Counted from the stretch's first letter, positions 1 through 10,352 are shown. The stretch is DNA of 64,000 nucleotides from Candidatus Marinacidobacterales bacterium (GCA_965224085.1 CBDCYI010000005.1:1504001-1568000); one strand, 5' to 3'. Notes: a model not told the origin generated them from the letters alone. Numbers and translations: made by a program.

Positions 1-39
1 GATCATGAGCAGCAGCCGGCCGTCGAGCGGCGTAGCGCT

Positions 40-1124
40 GCCTTGGTGCACAACTCGCGATCTCGGTCCACAATTGTCCTTTACTCACGGATTCGAGGTT
101 CCCCATGAGCATTTTCAAACGCACTCAGCGGAAGTATGTGAAGAAGGCCTATCGCGTGAGGAATTGGCGTGAATATGAGGCGGGTCTACGCAACCGTGGG
201 AGCCTGACCGTCTGGATCTCGCTCACCGCCGGCAAGCTTGTGAACTGGGACGCGCCCCGGCCGAGGAGGAGGAAACCGGGCCGTCAACGCAAGTACTCGA
301 ACCACGCCATCGAGACGGCTGTCACCCTGGGCATGGTGTTTCATCTGTCATCTAGACAGAGCGAGGGATTGCTGCGATCGTTGTTCGCTCTGATGAAGCT
401 AGACAATGATGTGCCCGATCACACCACGATCTCGAGGCGCAAGGCGAAGCTGGGTAAGGTCCCCTTCTACCAAGACAAGCAGAAGACGCCGTTGCACATC
501 TTGATCGACAGCAGCGGTCTCGCTGTCCACGCCGGCCAGCTGCGCAGAGCACCAAATAGCAGGGACTATCGCAAGCTCCATCTGTGTGTCGACGAGCAGA
601 CTGGCGAAGTCGTCGCCTGCGAGCTGACGAGCAAAAGAGCCCGCGATTCATCGCGGGTTGCATCGCTTGTCAGACAGATCGACAGTCCCATCTCATAGGC
701 CAGAGCTGACACCGCATACGACGCCAGCGGCGTCTATGAGGCAATCGAGAATCACAGCGCTCATCGCTCGCCGAGGGTGCTGATACCGCCGCGCAAGGGC
801 GCCCAGCTCGCATCGGGGCCGGCGAGCAGCCGACAGCGCAATCGCAACATTGCAGCACAAGCTCGGCTCGGCAAACGAAAGTGGCACACAGAATCGGGCT
901 ACAGCAAACGGAGCAAAGTCGAGACAACGTTCCATCGCTACAAGGCTATCGTGGGCTCAGCGATGCGAGCGAGAGGGTTGGCGGCACAGAGAGTCGAGGT
1001 AAGGATCGGGTGCAAGATTCTCAACACCATGACGGCGCTCGGGATGCCTGATAGCGAGATGATCGGATGATGGGAGTCGGGGCCAAGCGAGCTCTCGGCC
1101 TCTATCGGAGTTGTGCACCAAGGC
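40..1124 (+). mobile_element. IS5-family (IS903-like) insertion sequence, 1085 bp
   Basis: Perfect 17-bp terminal inverted repeats GCCTTGGTGCACAACTC (40-56) / GAGTTGTGCACCAAGGC (1108-1124) enclose a DDE transposase; no target duplication seen. Confidence 0.9.
105..1070 (+). pseudogene. IS5-family transposase interrupted by an in-frame TAG at 696-698
   Basis: YRVRNWREYEAGLRNRGSLTVW, IDSSGL, ADTAYD and RSKVET motifs; ORFs 105-698 and 777-1070 are in the same frame; the stop aligns with Ser of the intact homolog at 10799. Confidence 0.88.
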
Positions 1125-2512
1125 TCCGGAACGACGCCTACGACCCCGGCGCTGAGGACGGCGAGGGAAAGCGCCCAAACGACGGTCTCAAAGGTCACGC
1201 CCAAGTCGATCCAAAAGGGCATGAAGTCCAGCATCCAGCTGAATTGGCTCGAGATGTAATCGCCTAGCAGTAGGCCCACTCCGGCTGCCAAGACCGCGAA
1301 CACGAGCGCCTCCATGAACAGTTGGGAAACGATCCGCTTGCGACTTGCGCCTAGTGCCGTGCGCACCGCCAGCTCCCTCGACCGGGTCGCAGTGCGCGCG
1401 AAGATCAGCATTCCAACATTGGCACATGCGACCACGAGCACTAGCAGTGTAAGGACCTGGACCACGTAAAAGTCGAAGTTCGCTTGCATGCCCCCCTTTG
1501 GGAGGTCGAAAAACCCGATCGCGAACGGCACGACCTCGGGTTTTAGCCGCGCATGCGTGTCCGGAAACTCGATGGCCAAACGGCGACCCACCGTGGTTAG
1601 CTCTGCCTGAGCCTCCTCCGTCGACATGCCGTCCGACAAGCGCCCAAAGATCCGATGAGCCCGTCCTTGCCGAACCTCGTCGGGGGGCCCATTCACCTGC
1701 AGCGGTAGCCACAATTGGTCGCGGAAGGGGAAGAGGAACTCCTTTGGCATGACGCCGACCACAGTGTGCGGCGCGCGTCCGATTCGGATAGCTTTACCTA
1801 CGACGTCGCGGTCGCCGTCAAGACGCGATTGCCAAAGGTCGTACCCGATGACGACCACCGTCGGCGCACCGAACACTTCGTCCGTGGAAATGAGTGTCCG
1901 ACCGAGCAGCGGTGGCACCCGCAGGATATCGAACGCAGAGGCCGTGACCTCAGCACCCCGAATGGGTGCGGCACGCCCGTCGTCGGAGATGAGGTTATAG
2001 GAAGCCCCTATCGTCGCTGCGCCGAGAGCTTCAAACGTCGTCAACTCCTCGCGCCACATCAGAAAGTCATTCAACGACGGCGCCTCCAAGCCCGAGCTCG
2101 CCAGATTGACGTTCCTGAGCATCTGGATTCGACCGTCCTCGTCGAAAGGGAGCGAGGCTTGAACGGCGTTCACGAAATGCATCGGCGCCAAACCGGCCGG
2201 AATCGCGACCGCGAGCGCGAACACCGCAACGCACGTCAAGCCCGGGTGCTTCACGAGCAACCGCAATCCGAGCTTAACATTCAGCCAGGAGAAACCGAGG
2301 TTCGGCACCTGCCGTCGCGCACGCCAAACGCTGAATGCGGACCCGAACATGTTCACGGCATAGCGCCACCGCATACGCCACAACGGAATGCCTCGGGCGA
2401 GCTCACGCTCCAACGCATCATCCATGTCAGCCAAAATGAACGTGGCTTCGGGGCCTCGGATGAGAAAGGCTGCCAGCCGGCGCAGTACCCCGGGACCTCG
2501 AGAATCGAGCAC
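1125..2512 (-). pseudogene. ADOP/MacB-FtsX ABC permease, N-terminal half, truncated by the IS
   Basis: LLVLVVACANVGML, RSRELAVRTALGASRKRIVSQL and VVGVMP motifs; homology ends at GVVP at the IS right end, and the second FtsX half is missing. Confidence 0.85.
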
Positions 2513-2514
2513 GC

Positions 2515-2847
2515 TCAGCCCTCCGCGAGTTCGGTCAGTCTCGAGATCAGGCCACTGGCCATCGCTTGGATGGTGGAGTAGCTGGCCCTCAGCGCACGGG
2601 CACCTTCCGGTTCGAGCGAGTAATACTTCCGGGGCCGACCCGCCCGGCCCGCGATAGGCTCGCCGAGCCGCGATGTGACTAGATTCCGTTCGGCGAGGCG
2701 ACCGAGCGTAGTGTAGATGGCCCCCGAAGACACCAAACGGCCCGTCCTCCGTTCGATGGTCTCCCGGATCGCTCCACCGTAGGCATCGTCCCCGAGCTCA
2801 ACGATGGAAAACAAGATCAGTTGTTCGAATTCGCCGAGAGTGCCCAT
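2515..2847 (-). CDS. PadR-family transcriptional regulator (ADOP-associated type)
   Basis: LGEFEQLIL, AYG, GAIYTTLGRL, RPRKYYSL; AGGGAG RBS before ATG 2847; directly upstream of the permease. Confidence 0.92.
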   Translation of the reverse strand: MGTLGEFEQLILFSIVELGDDAYGGAIRETIERRTGRLVSSGAIYTTLGRLAERNLVTSRLGEPIAGRAGRPRKYYSLEPEGARALRASYSTIQAMASGLISRLTELAEG

Positions 2848-2908
2848 GCCGTTCTCCCTGTGCCCGCATTTGGAGTGCCGCCCGCCCAAAGCGTCCCATG
2901 GCGAGCAT

Positions 2909-2937
2909 ATTATACTACATTGTAGTTAAATAGTCAA
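2909..2937 (-). promoter_or_regulatory. Sigma-70 promoter of padR with a palindromic operator
   Basis: Minus strand TTGACT-17 bp-TATAAT; palindrome ACTACA-T-TGTAGT at 2914-2926 lies in the spacer, a likely PadR autorepression site. Confidence 0.75.
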
Positions 2938-3190
2938 GATAACGCGTCCGATCGTCTGACGCATCCAGCGCCCAGGGAGGAAACGGCACCCAAAAACTCG
3001 TCTTATATCTATATACGGGAGTCGCGTTCATGATTCTGGGCTTCAAGAACTATTTCTCGCACCTCGATCGACGCACACCTGCCGAGCTTTTGGGGCGGCG
3101 GTCGCGCTCGCGCTCGCGCTCAAGAAGAAGGATCGAAGAAGAAACTCGAAAGACGCCGGAAGCGAGAAAGTCAGCGCCAAACGCTCGAAT

Positions 3191-3216
3191 TGACACCTCG
3201 CGCGCGCGAGGTGTCA
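3191..3216. repeat. Perfect 26-bp palindrome
   Basis: TGACACCTCGCGCGCGCGAGGTGTCA is its own reverse complement. Confidence 0.8.
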
Positions 3217-3519
3217 CCAAAAGTAACAGAAGCCCCCTCCCACTATGTGGCGTGGGCAGTGCGCGAGCGTGTGTTCGCTCGCGCTCCGGCTAGTCGTCTG
3301 TCGGGACGAGACGCCCGTTGCGAGAACTGCGTTTCGAAAAAGGGTAGAGACGATCCGATCCGCCGTTTTAGTGACAGACCCACGCTCGAGACGATCTCGG
3401 CGCGACCAGCTCTCCGAATCCGGAGTGGCCGGGGCACAGTTCCCTAGAGTAGTGGTTTACTATGGCGTTTGTTTAAGAGTTCGCGAGACCGTTGTTTGGA
3501 AACGCAAGCGGAGGATCCG

Positions 3520-3919
3520 ATGAAAAACCGAGCATCGATGTGGGCGATACTAGCGGCAATTATCGTCTTCGGGAGCCATGCAATAAGCGGGGCGCTAGCT
3601 GGAGTCAATATCACTAGTCCACTACCTCCAATTCTCGAGAATCAGGAAATGCGGAATTGTTACTGTGGATCTCGCCTCGGGACAGTCCTCTCCGCCGCAT
3701 CGCCACAACGCTCATGTGTTCGTGTACGTGTTGGAGGGCACCGTAGAGATGCAAGTGCGCGGCGGCCCATTGACTCGGCTGCGACCAGGCGACACTTTTT
3801 ATGAATCACCAGACAACATTCATGAGGTCTCGAGAAACGCGAGCACGACGGAAACGGCGAAGTTCTTGGTACACATGCTCAAGACCGTCGGCGCTCCAAC
3901 CAGTGTCCCCGTCGAGTGA
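3520..3919 (+). CDS. Secreted cupin-domain protein, frameshifted near 3654
   Basis: GGAGG RBS and signal peptide MKNRASMWAILAAIIVFG in one frame; PPHRHNAHVFVYVLEG and GDTFYESPDNIH cupin motifs in the next frame. Confidence 0.8.
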
Positions 3920-4015
3920 CGGAGGGGCAGCGCTAGACGTTCCGAGCGGCGTCCTTTCGATGTATTTGAAAAGCCCCCACTAACCACGCAAAGGGAAAGG
4001 AGCTCTGGACGAGCG

Positions 4016-4101
4016 CTCAATAACCTGACGTCATTTCGCGCGGAAGGCGGAACGCTAGCTCAATAACCTGACGTCATTTCGCGCGGAAGGCGGAACGCTA
4101 G
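4016..4101. repeat. Exact 43-bp tandem duplication of the 3' end of the PQQ dehydrogenase gene
   Basis: CTCAATAACCTGACGTCATTTCGCGCGGAAGGCGGAACGCTAG at 4016-4058 and 4059-4101. Confidence 0.9.
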
Positions 4102-6090
4102 TAGCTCGCCGGAATAGCCCGCGCCGCTGACCGCGACAACTAGATACTGCTGGCCCTCCACCATGTAGGTCATCGGCGAGCCGGTTTGGGGTGCGGGCAT
4201 GTAAACGGCACCGACTTCCTTTCCAGTGGCTTTATCATAAGCGCGCAGCATCGCGCCGCGAACGCGCGACGGCGTCGGCCCGAAGCTGCTCTCGCCCGCG
4301 ATGAGCAAGGTTTTGGTGACTAGCGTTCCCACACTTCCGGCTCGTCCGGTGCGCGGAATCGTCACACCTTCGAGCGCGGGGTGACGGCGAATGAAGTTCG
4401 GAGTGTCTCCGTGCGCCACCTGCCAGAGGATCTCACCTCGGTCCAAGTCGATGGCGGTGATTTGTCCGTACGGCGGCTTGACGAGCGGGAGCCCTCGCAC
4501 GTCGAGTCTCGCGCGGGTCCCGACGCCGCTGCCTTCCGAGCCGGCGCCTCCCGAGCGCCGCACGCCGGTGAGAACCGTGCCTTGATGGTAGCGGAACTCG
4601 GTAACCTCTTCGGGCGGCGGCATGAGGCCGAGCATCGAGAGCTCTCTCTGCGACGATACGTACAAGACATGCGTTTCGGGATCGTACGAGCCGCCTTGCC
4701 AGTTGGTGGCGGCGCGCTGGGCGGCGAGCGCGAGCGTCGCGATAGGGCCCTCCGCTTTGCTGAGCACGGGCGGTGTGAAGATGGGGCCGATACGGTACTT
4801 CGAAACGAGCGCTTCGGCTTCGGCCCGCAGCTCGGGGGTGAAGTCGATGAGGTCGTCGATCGCGAGACCTTGACGGTCGTAGGCGGGAGGACGTGTCGGA
4901 TGCGGCTGGGTAGGGGAGTACCATTCGCCGGGGACGTCGCCACGCGGAACGGGACGCTCCTCGATGGGCCACACCGGCTCGCCGGTCTCGCGGTCCAAGA
5001 CGTAGAGAAAGCCTTGCTTGGTCGGCTGAGCGAGCGCTTTGATAGCGCGACCGTCGACTTCGATGTCGGCGAGGATTGGCGCGCAGGGAATGTCCATATC
5101 CCAGATGCCGTGGTGCACGAGCTGGAAGTGCCAGCGGCGCTCGCCCGTCTCGATGTCGACGGCGACAATGCTCTCGCTGTAGAGGTTTTTGCCGGGCCGG
5201 TCACCGCCATAGTAATCGCCGGTGGGAAGCTCGACCGGGAGATAAGCGAGCCCGAGCGATGCGTCGGCGGACAACTGCGCCCACACGCCGGCGTTTCCAG
5301 TGTACTTGGCGGAGCCGTTCTCCCACGTGTCGTAGCCGTGCTCACCCGGGCGCGGAATCGTATGAAAGATCCATCGGCGCCGTCCTGTCCGTACGTCGTA
5401 ACCGCGCACATAACCCTTCACGTTTTTCCGGCTCTGTGGGTTCGCGCCCGTCTCGTGCGCGGCGCCTACGATCACGACCTCACCGGCCACCAGGGGCGAA
5501 GCATGGAGCCCGACGGCACCGCCTAGCGGATCGACCTCCTGATCGAAGTCCCTCTTGAGATCGACCAGCCCGTCGATTCCGAACTCGGGCGTGCGGCGTC
5601 CTGTCTTCGCGTCGATCGACACGAGCTGGTACCCGGGCGTGACGTACAGGATGCGGCCTTCGGTGCCGTCGCTCCAATAGGAAAGGCCGCGGCCCGAGTA
5701 CCGACGCGGCGCGGCTTCACCCCGCGCGCCCTCGTTCTCGCGGTGCATCCAAATCATCTCACCCGTTCGGGCGTCGAGGGCGACCACGGCCCGGCGCGTG
5801 CCCGCGGTCGAGTAGACCACGCCCTCCACCATCAAAGGCGTCGATTGAAACATGTACTCCGGCCGGGGACCCAGAAAGTCCGTCTTCAAGCGCCAGGCGA
5901 TCTCAAGCTCTTCGAAGTTCGAGGCGTTGATCTGGTCGAGCGGCGCGTAACGCGTGGACGCGAGATCGGCGCCGTAGGCTCGCCACTCGTGCTCTATTGG
6001 CGCGGGGCTCGATTGGGCAGACGACGAAGGGCTCACCCAGGAACCAGTAAACGTGGCGAAGAGAAGCAACAGGGCCGGACGACCGCTCAT
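4060..6090 (-). CDS. PQQ-dependent dehydrogenase (glucose/quinate/shikimate family), secreted
   Basis: WRAYG..RYAPLDQIN, QSTPL, WHFQLVHHGIWDMD, KPPYG and GSPMTY..G.QY beta-propeller motifs; signal peptide. Confidence 0.92.
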   Translation of the reverse strand: MSGRPALLLLFATFTGSWVSPSSSAQSSPAPIEHEWRAYGADLASTRYAPLDQINASNFEELEIAWRLKTDFLGPRPEYMFQSTPLMVEGVVYSTAGTRRAVVALDARTGEMIWMHRENEGARGEAAPRRYSGRGLSYWSDGTEGRILYVTPGYQLVSIDAKTGRRTPEFGIDGLVDLKRDFDQEVDPLGGAVGLHASPLVAGEVVIVGAAHETGANPQSRKNVKGYVRGYDVRTGRRRWIFHTIPRPGEHGYDTWENGSAKYTGNAGVWAQLSADASLGLAYLPVELPTGDYYGGDRPGKNLYSESIVAVDIETGERRWHFQLVHHGIWDMDIPCAPILADIEVDGRAIKALAQPTKQGFLYVLDRETGEPVWPIEERPVPRGDVPGEWYSPTQPHPTRPPAYDRQGLAIDDLIDFTPELRAEAEALVSKYRIGPIFTPPVLSKAEGPIATLALAAQRAATNWQGGSYDPETHVLYVSSQRELSMLGLMPPPEEVTEFRYHQGTVLTGVRRSGGAGSEGSGVGTRARLDVRGLPLVKPPYGQITAIDLDRGEILWQVAHGDTPNFIRRHPALEGVTIPRTGRAGSVGTLVTKTLLIAGESSFGPTPSRVRGAMLRAYDKATGKEVGAVYMPAPQTGSPMTYMVEGQQYLVVAVSGAGYSGELLAFRLPREMTSGY

Positions 6091-6251
6091 GAGAACGATT
6101 CGTAACACAAGCGACCCGCGAGAGGGAAGTCGAAGCCAGGCCAAAATTGTGGACTCATAGCTCTTAATTAAAAACCGGCTCTTTCTCGACGCCAGCGTGC
6201 TCTTCTCGGCTGCTTACCGCGAACATTCCGGTTTTCGCCGACTCTGGGAGC

Positions 6252-6590
6252 TTATCCTGAGTGCCGATCGAAGAAGTCCAGCACGAGGTGGTTGAACGTC
6301 TCCGGACGCTCCCAGTAAACCGAGTGGCCCGCCTCCGGAACGACGTGGAGCTCGCTTACAGGCACTCTGGAATGCAGATACCGGTACATCGACGGCGGCG
6401 CGTAGAGATCCGCATCGCCGGCGATCAGAAGAGCCGGGAACAACCGCGATTCCATGTCGGCTCAGCTGACCTCGACACCAGGCGGGTGGGCAACGCTCAC
6501 GGGCGATTCCCGTGCTCGAGCTCGACCCATGCCGCCAGTCCTTCGGGGTTTGCCCAGCTTACTCGTCTGGCGGAACCGTACCCCATCTGG
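6252..6590 (-). pseudogene. Alpha/beta hydrolase C-terminal remnant
   Basis: PALLIAGDADLYAPP and EAGHSVYWERPETFN; an upstream piece ANPEGLAAWVELEH is in another frame; the N-terminus is absent. Confidence 0.7.
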
Positions 6591-6696
6591 AGGAGAAGAG
6601 AACAAAGTTTCGAACTGAAATTCGCGGCAATTAGAACCACCCTCGCCCACCCTCTTGACTTGTCGCGCCGAACGCGAGACGCTAGCATCCGACAAT

Positions 6697-6772
6697 ACGC
6701 CTAGGGGTGGCCGCTCGGCCTGAGAGCAAACCCTCGGAACCTGATCCGGTTGATACCGGCGTAGGGAAGGGC
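6697..6772 (+). ncRNA. TPP riboswitch (THI element)
   Basis: AGGGGTGGCC..GGCCTGAGA..ACCC..GAACCTGATCCGGTTGATACCGGCGTAGGGAAG matches the conserved TPP aptamer; upstream of a TonB receptor and pnuC. Confidence 0.95.
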
Positions 6773-6842
6773 AGCTGGCTCTTCTAGCACCAAAGAAGAA
6801 CGGCATTCTCGAGCGAGTCGGTCATCTCCGGCATTTCGGAGA

Positions 6843-9224
6843 ATGACGATGTTCGCTAGGAAAATCCACAATTCCCTTCTCTCCCGGATCCATGTGAGGG
6901 GTCTCGCTTTCACGATGATGCTCGTCGCGGGGATCCCGCCAACGGCGGCGGCGCGAGCGCCGATTCGGGTGCAGGGAGTCGTCCTCGCCCCCACCGGCGA
7001 ACCAGTAGCGGCAGCCCGCATCGAGGTGGACGGGATGGACGGCCGAAAGCCGGTGACCACCACCGACGAGAATGGACACTTTCGGCTTTCGCTTTCGCCG
7101 GGTGAGTGGGAGCTCAGCGTTTCACACCCCACCTATCGGTTGTTGCGCCACCGCGTGAACGTTGCGTCTCAAAATCTCGAGCTCGAGCTTCGGCTCGAAT
7201 GGGTGACCTCGGTCGAAGAGTCGATCACCGTCGTCGGGATTCGAGCGGGAGAAGAAGTCCCGGTGACCAAGCGCAACATGGACCGTGAGGAGATCGAGAA
7301 ATTCAGCTACGGACAGGATGTTCCCGACCTCCTCGAGCACACTCCGTCGATGAACTGGTACTCGGACTCGGGCATCGGGGCTAACTACTCGTATTTCAGC
7401 ATGCGCGGGATCCAACAAACGCGCATCAGCATGACCCTCGACGGGGCCCCTCTCAACGACCCCGCGGAGCACGCGCTGTTCTTCAACAATTTTCACGACT
7501 TCTTGAGCGCTGTCGACAGCATTCAAATCCAGCGTGGCGTGGGCACCTCGTCGGTCGGCTCGCCCGCCTATGGCGGTTCGGTGAACTTCGCGAGCGCGGC
7601 GCCGCCTCGACACAACCGGGGTGATGCTCGGTTGGTAGTCGGCTCGTACGACACCACTCGCGCATCCATTGGCTACGAGTCGGGCGTTTTCGACAACGGG
7701 CTCTACGTCTCCGGACGGTTCTCCTACGCCAAAACCGAGGGTTATCGCGAGCGCTCCGGCGCCGATCATCACACGTTTTTTGTGAACGCGGGTTGGCAGC
7801 AAGAGCGATCGTCTTTGTCGCTGGTCGCCTTCTCGGGCGACGAGAAGTCGCAGCTTGCCTATCTTGCGGTCGACCCGGACACCCTGAGCGAGAACCGCCG
7901 GTTCAACCCGCTCACCGAGGAAGACCGCGACAACTTCGGACAGGACTTCGCCCAAATCAAGTACCTGCGCGAGCTCGGGAGCGATTCGTTGCTGAGCGCA
8001 TCGTTCTATTACAACGGCGCCGACGGTTGGTTCCAGTTGTGGGACGATCCGGTGGCGCAAAACGACTTGCTGCGATTCGGCATCGACCAGGGATTCTTCG
8101 GCAGCATGGTCACGCTGAGCACGAACGTGGACAATCTTTCGGCAACGGTGGGTGTGCACTATAACGACTTCAGCGGCGACCATTTCCTCGATAGCGACGC
8201 CGGCGGTCGGGTGTACAAGAACACCGGCTTCAAGCAGACGACGAACGCCTTCGGCAAGCTCGAGTACCGTCTCGGAGACACGCTCCTTTTCGGCGACGTC
8301 CAATGGCGCTGGGCCGGCTTCTCCTACGAAGGTGACGTCGAGTTGGAGTCGATCGACTGGAACTTTCTCGATCCCAAGTTCGGCGTGCGACAAACGCTCT
8401 CGCCGGGGTTGAGTCTTTACACCTCGATCGGGCGAGCACAGCGCGAGCCGGCGCGCCTCGATCTTCTGCTGGGCGAGGACAACGCCACCGTGCCGCATGA
8501 TCCCGAAGCGGTGAAACCCGAATCGGTGGTGAACTTCGAGGGCGGCGTCACTTGGAACACGCCCCGGCTCGGCTTGCAGGCCAATGTCTATCTGATGGAG
8601 TTCCGGAACGAGATCGCCTTGACCGGCGAGCTGTCGGCAGTCGGTCTGCCGCTACGGCAAAACGTCGACCGCTCCTACCGGCGCGGTATCGAAGTCGATC
8701 TGAAGTGGATGCCGATACCGAAGTGGTCGGTGTTGCACAGTTTGAACCTGAGCAAGAACCGCATCCGAGAATGGGCGCAGTTCTACGATGTCTTCGACGA
8801 GCAGGGGATGTGGATCGGGAGCGAGCCGATCACCTACGAAAACGTACGGCCGCTACTCACGCCCGAGGTCTTGTTCAACCTCGGCGTCGAATGGTCGCAT
8901 CGCGACACCAGCATCGGACTCATGGGTCGCTATGTCGCCGAATCCCAGCTCGACAACACCGGACTCGCCGAATTCCGGACGCTGTCGTTCACCAACTTAG
9001 ACGTGCGGGCGTCGCAAAGCCTGGGTCGCTGGTGGCAAGGTGTCGACGCGCGCGTCACATTGTTCGTCAACAACGTGCTCGACAACCGCGACCAGTTTCC
9101 TAGCGGCTACAGTTATCAATTTCTCGTTCGCAACAACGCCGGCATGGACAGTCTCGACGGCATTCCCTTCTACTATCCGTTGGCGACACGCAACGTCGTT
9201 GTCTCGCTTCAGGTCGGCTTCTGA
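6843..9224 (+). CDS. TonB-dependent receptor, probable thiamine uptake
   Basis: Carboxypeptidase-regulatory-like N-domain; plug motifs MRGIQQTRI..DGAPLND and IQIQRGVGTS..GGSVN; C-terminal Phe; under TPP riboswitch. Confidence 0.9.
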   Translation: MTMFARKIHNSLLSRIHVRGLAFTMMLVAGIPPTAAARAPIRVQGVVLAPTGEPVAAARIEVDGMDGRKPVTTTDENGHFRLSLSPGEWELSVSHPTYRLLRHRVNVASQNLELELRLEWVTSVEESITVVGIRAGEEVPVTKRNMDREEIEKFSYGQDVPDLLEHTPSMNWYSDSGIGANYSYFSMRGIQQTRISMTLDGAPLNDPAEHALFFNNFHDFLSAVDSIQIQRGVGTSSVGSPAYGGSVNFASAAPPRHNRGDARLVVGSYDTTRASIGYESGVFDNGLYVSGRFSYAKTEGYRERSGADHHTFFVNAGWQQERSSLSLVAFSGDEKSQLAYLAVDPDTLSENRRFNPLTEEDRDNFGQDFAQIKYLRELGSDSLLSASFYYNGADGWFQLWDDPVAQNDLLRFGIDQGFFGSMVTLSTNVDNLSATVGVHYNDFSGDHFLDSDAGGRVYKNTGFKQTTNAFGKLEYRLGDTLLFGDVQWRWAGFSYEGDVELESIDWNFLDPKFGVRQTLSPGLSLYTSIGRAQREPARLDLLLGEDNATVPHDPEAVKPESVVNFEGGVTWNTPRLGLQANVYLMEFRNEIALTGELSAVGLPLRQNVDRSYRRGIEVDLKWMPIPKWSVLHSLNLSKNRIREWAQFYDVFDEQGMWIGSEPITYENVRPLLTPEVLFNLGVEWSHRDTSIGLMGRYVAESQLDNTGLAEFRTLSFTNLDVRASQSLGRWWQGVDARVTLFVNNVLDNRDQFPSGYSYQFLVRNNAGMDSLDGIPFYYPLATRNVVVSLQVGF

Positions 9225-9230
9225 GTCGTC

Positions 9231-9803
9231 GTGTTGTCTCTCGAGCTCGTCGCTGTCGTCCTCACGCTGGCGGCGGTCTACCTGACGGTGCGCCAGATCA
9301 TCTGGTGCTGGCCGCTCGCCTTGATCAGCGTGGCATTGTACGCGCGGGTTTTCTACGACGCGCGGCTGTACGCCGATATGGGGCTGCAGGGGTTGTACTT
9401 CGGACTGGCCGTCTACGGCTGGTGGTCCTGGTTGCACGGTGGTGAGGATGACGGCGAGCTCGAGGTTTCGCTGACACCGCCGAGGACACGCGCGGTGGCC
9501 TTGCTGGTCGCGACACTTGGCGGGATTCTACTGGGTCAGACGTTAACGCGCTTCACCAACGCGTCGCTGCCGTTCATGGACTCGACGCTGACCTCGTTCA
9601 GCATCGCCGCCCAATGGATGCAGACCCAAAAGCTCCTCGAATCCTGGCTCGTGTGGCTCGCCGTCGATGTCTTCTACGTCGGCATGTTCTTGTACAAAGA
9701 GCTCTATCTCACCGCCGGACTTTACGCCGTCTTTCTCGTGCTCGCCGCCATGGGTTTCGCCGAGTGGCGACGGTCGATGAGAGGGCCGGAGCCGGCGTCG
9801 TGA
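9231..9803 (+). CDS. pnuC: PnuC-family vitamin transporter (probably PnuT, thiamine)
   Basis: LYADMGLQ..YGWWSW, PFMDS..SIAAQW..KLLESWLVW..VD; hydrophobic. Confidence 0.92.
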   Translation: MLSLELVAVVLTLAAVYLTVRQIIWCWPLALISVALYARVFYDARLYADMGLQGLYFGLAVYGWWSWLHGGEDDGELEVSLTPPRTRAVALLVATLGGILLGQTLTRFTNASLPFMDSTLTSFSIAAQWMQTQKLLESWLVWLAVDVFYVGMFLYKELYLTAGLYAVFLVLAAMGFAEWRRSMRGPEPAS

Positions 9804-10333
9804 TCCGCGTGGCGGTGATTGGCTCTGAATGTACGGGCAAGACAACGCTCGCGACGGCACTTGCCACGCACTACGAGACCGTCTGGGTGCCTGAGTTTGC
9901 ACGCCAGTTCGTGATCGACAAGGGCGCCGCTCCCGAGCTCGAAGATGTCGATGCCATTGCCCGCGGCCAAATCGCCGGCGAGGACGAAAAAGCCGGCGAG
10001 GCTTCCCGTCTTCTTATTCAGGATACCGACCTATTCAGCACGATCCTCTACGCTCGCCACTACTACGGCGATTGCCCTCGCTGGATCGAGGATGCGTTGG
10101 ATAAACGCGCCGCGGACCTCTACCTCCTGGCCGACATCGACATCCCCTGGGTCCCCGACGGGGAGCAGCGTGATCGCGGCCACCGGCGCGAAGAGATGCA
10201 CGAGCTCTTCCGCTGCACTCTCGTCGATCGCCGCCTGACATTCACCGAGATCCATGGCTCACGCAGGGAGCGATTAGAGGTGGCGGTGTCGTTGATCGAC
10301 AGCCTATTGCGTGGAACTGCCAGCTATGTCTGA
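9800..10333 (+). CDS. NadR-like P-loop kinase (AAA_28)
   Basis: GSECTGKTTLA Walker A, VPEFAR, QDTD, DIPWVPDG.QRD; GTGA overlap with the pnuC stop. Confidence 0.88.
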   Translation: MIRVAVIGSECTGKTTLATALATHYETVWVPEFARQFVIDKGAAPELEDVDAIARGQIAGEDEKAGEASRLLIQDTDLFSTILYARHYYGDCPRWIEDALDKRAADLYLLADIDIPWVPDGEQRDRGHRREEMHELFRCTLVDRRLTFTEIHGSRRERLEVAVSLIDSLLRGTASYV

Positions 10334-10352
10334 AAGTTTTCCACCGCAAGCA

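Noticed and set aside
696-698. In-frame TAG in the transposase as possible stop-codon recoding or pyrrolysine
   Set aside because: It aligns with Ser (TCG) in the intact homolog, so one substitution explains it; TAG ends many normal genes here
3030-3293. ORF with an RSRSRSR tract as an SR-like protein
   Set aside because: It arises from a short GC hexamer repeat, with no RBS or recognisable domain
4016-4101. Tandem and direct repeats (also 50292-50439) as a CRISPR array
   Set aside because: Only two copies, no series of spacers and no cas genes
7122-8498. Long antisense or alternate-frame ORFs (e.g. 7122-8498, 4381-5526, 23303-24856, 41741-42922, 62187-63281)
   Set aside because: Shadow ORFs expected in GC-rich DNA overlapping well-supported genes
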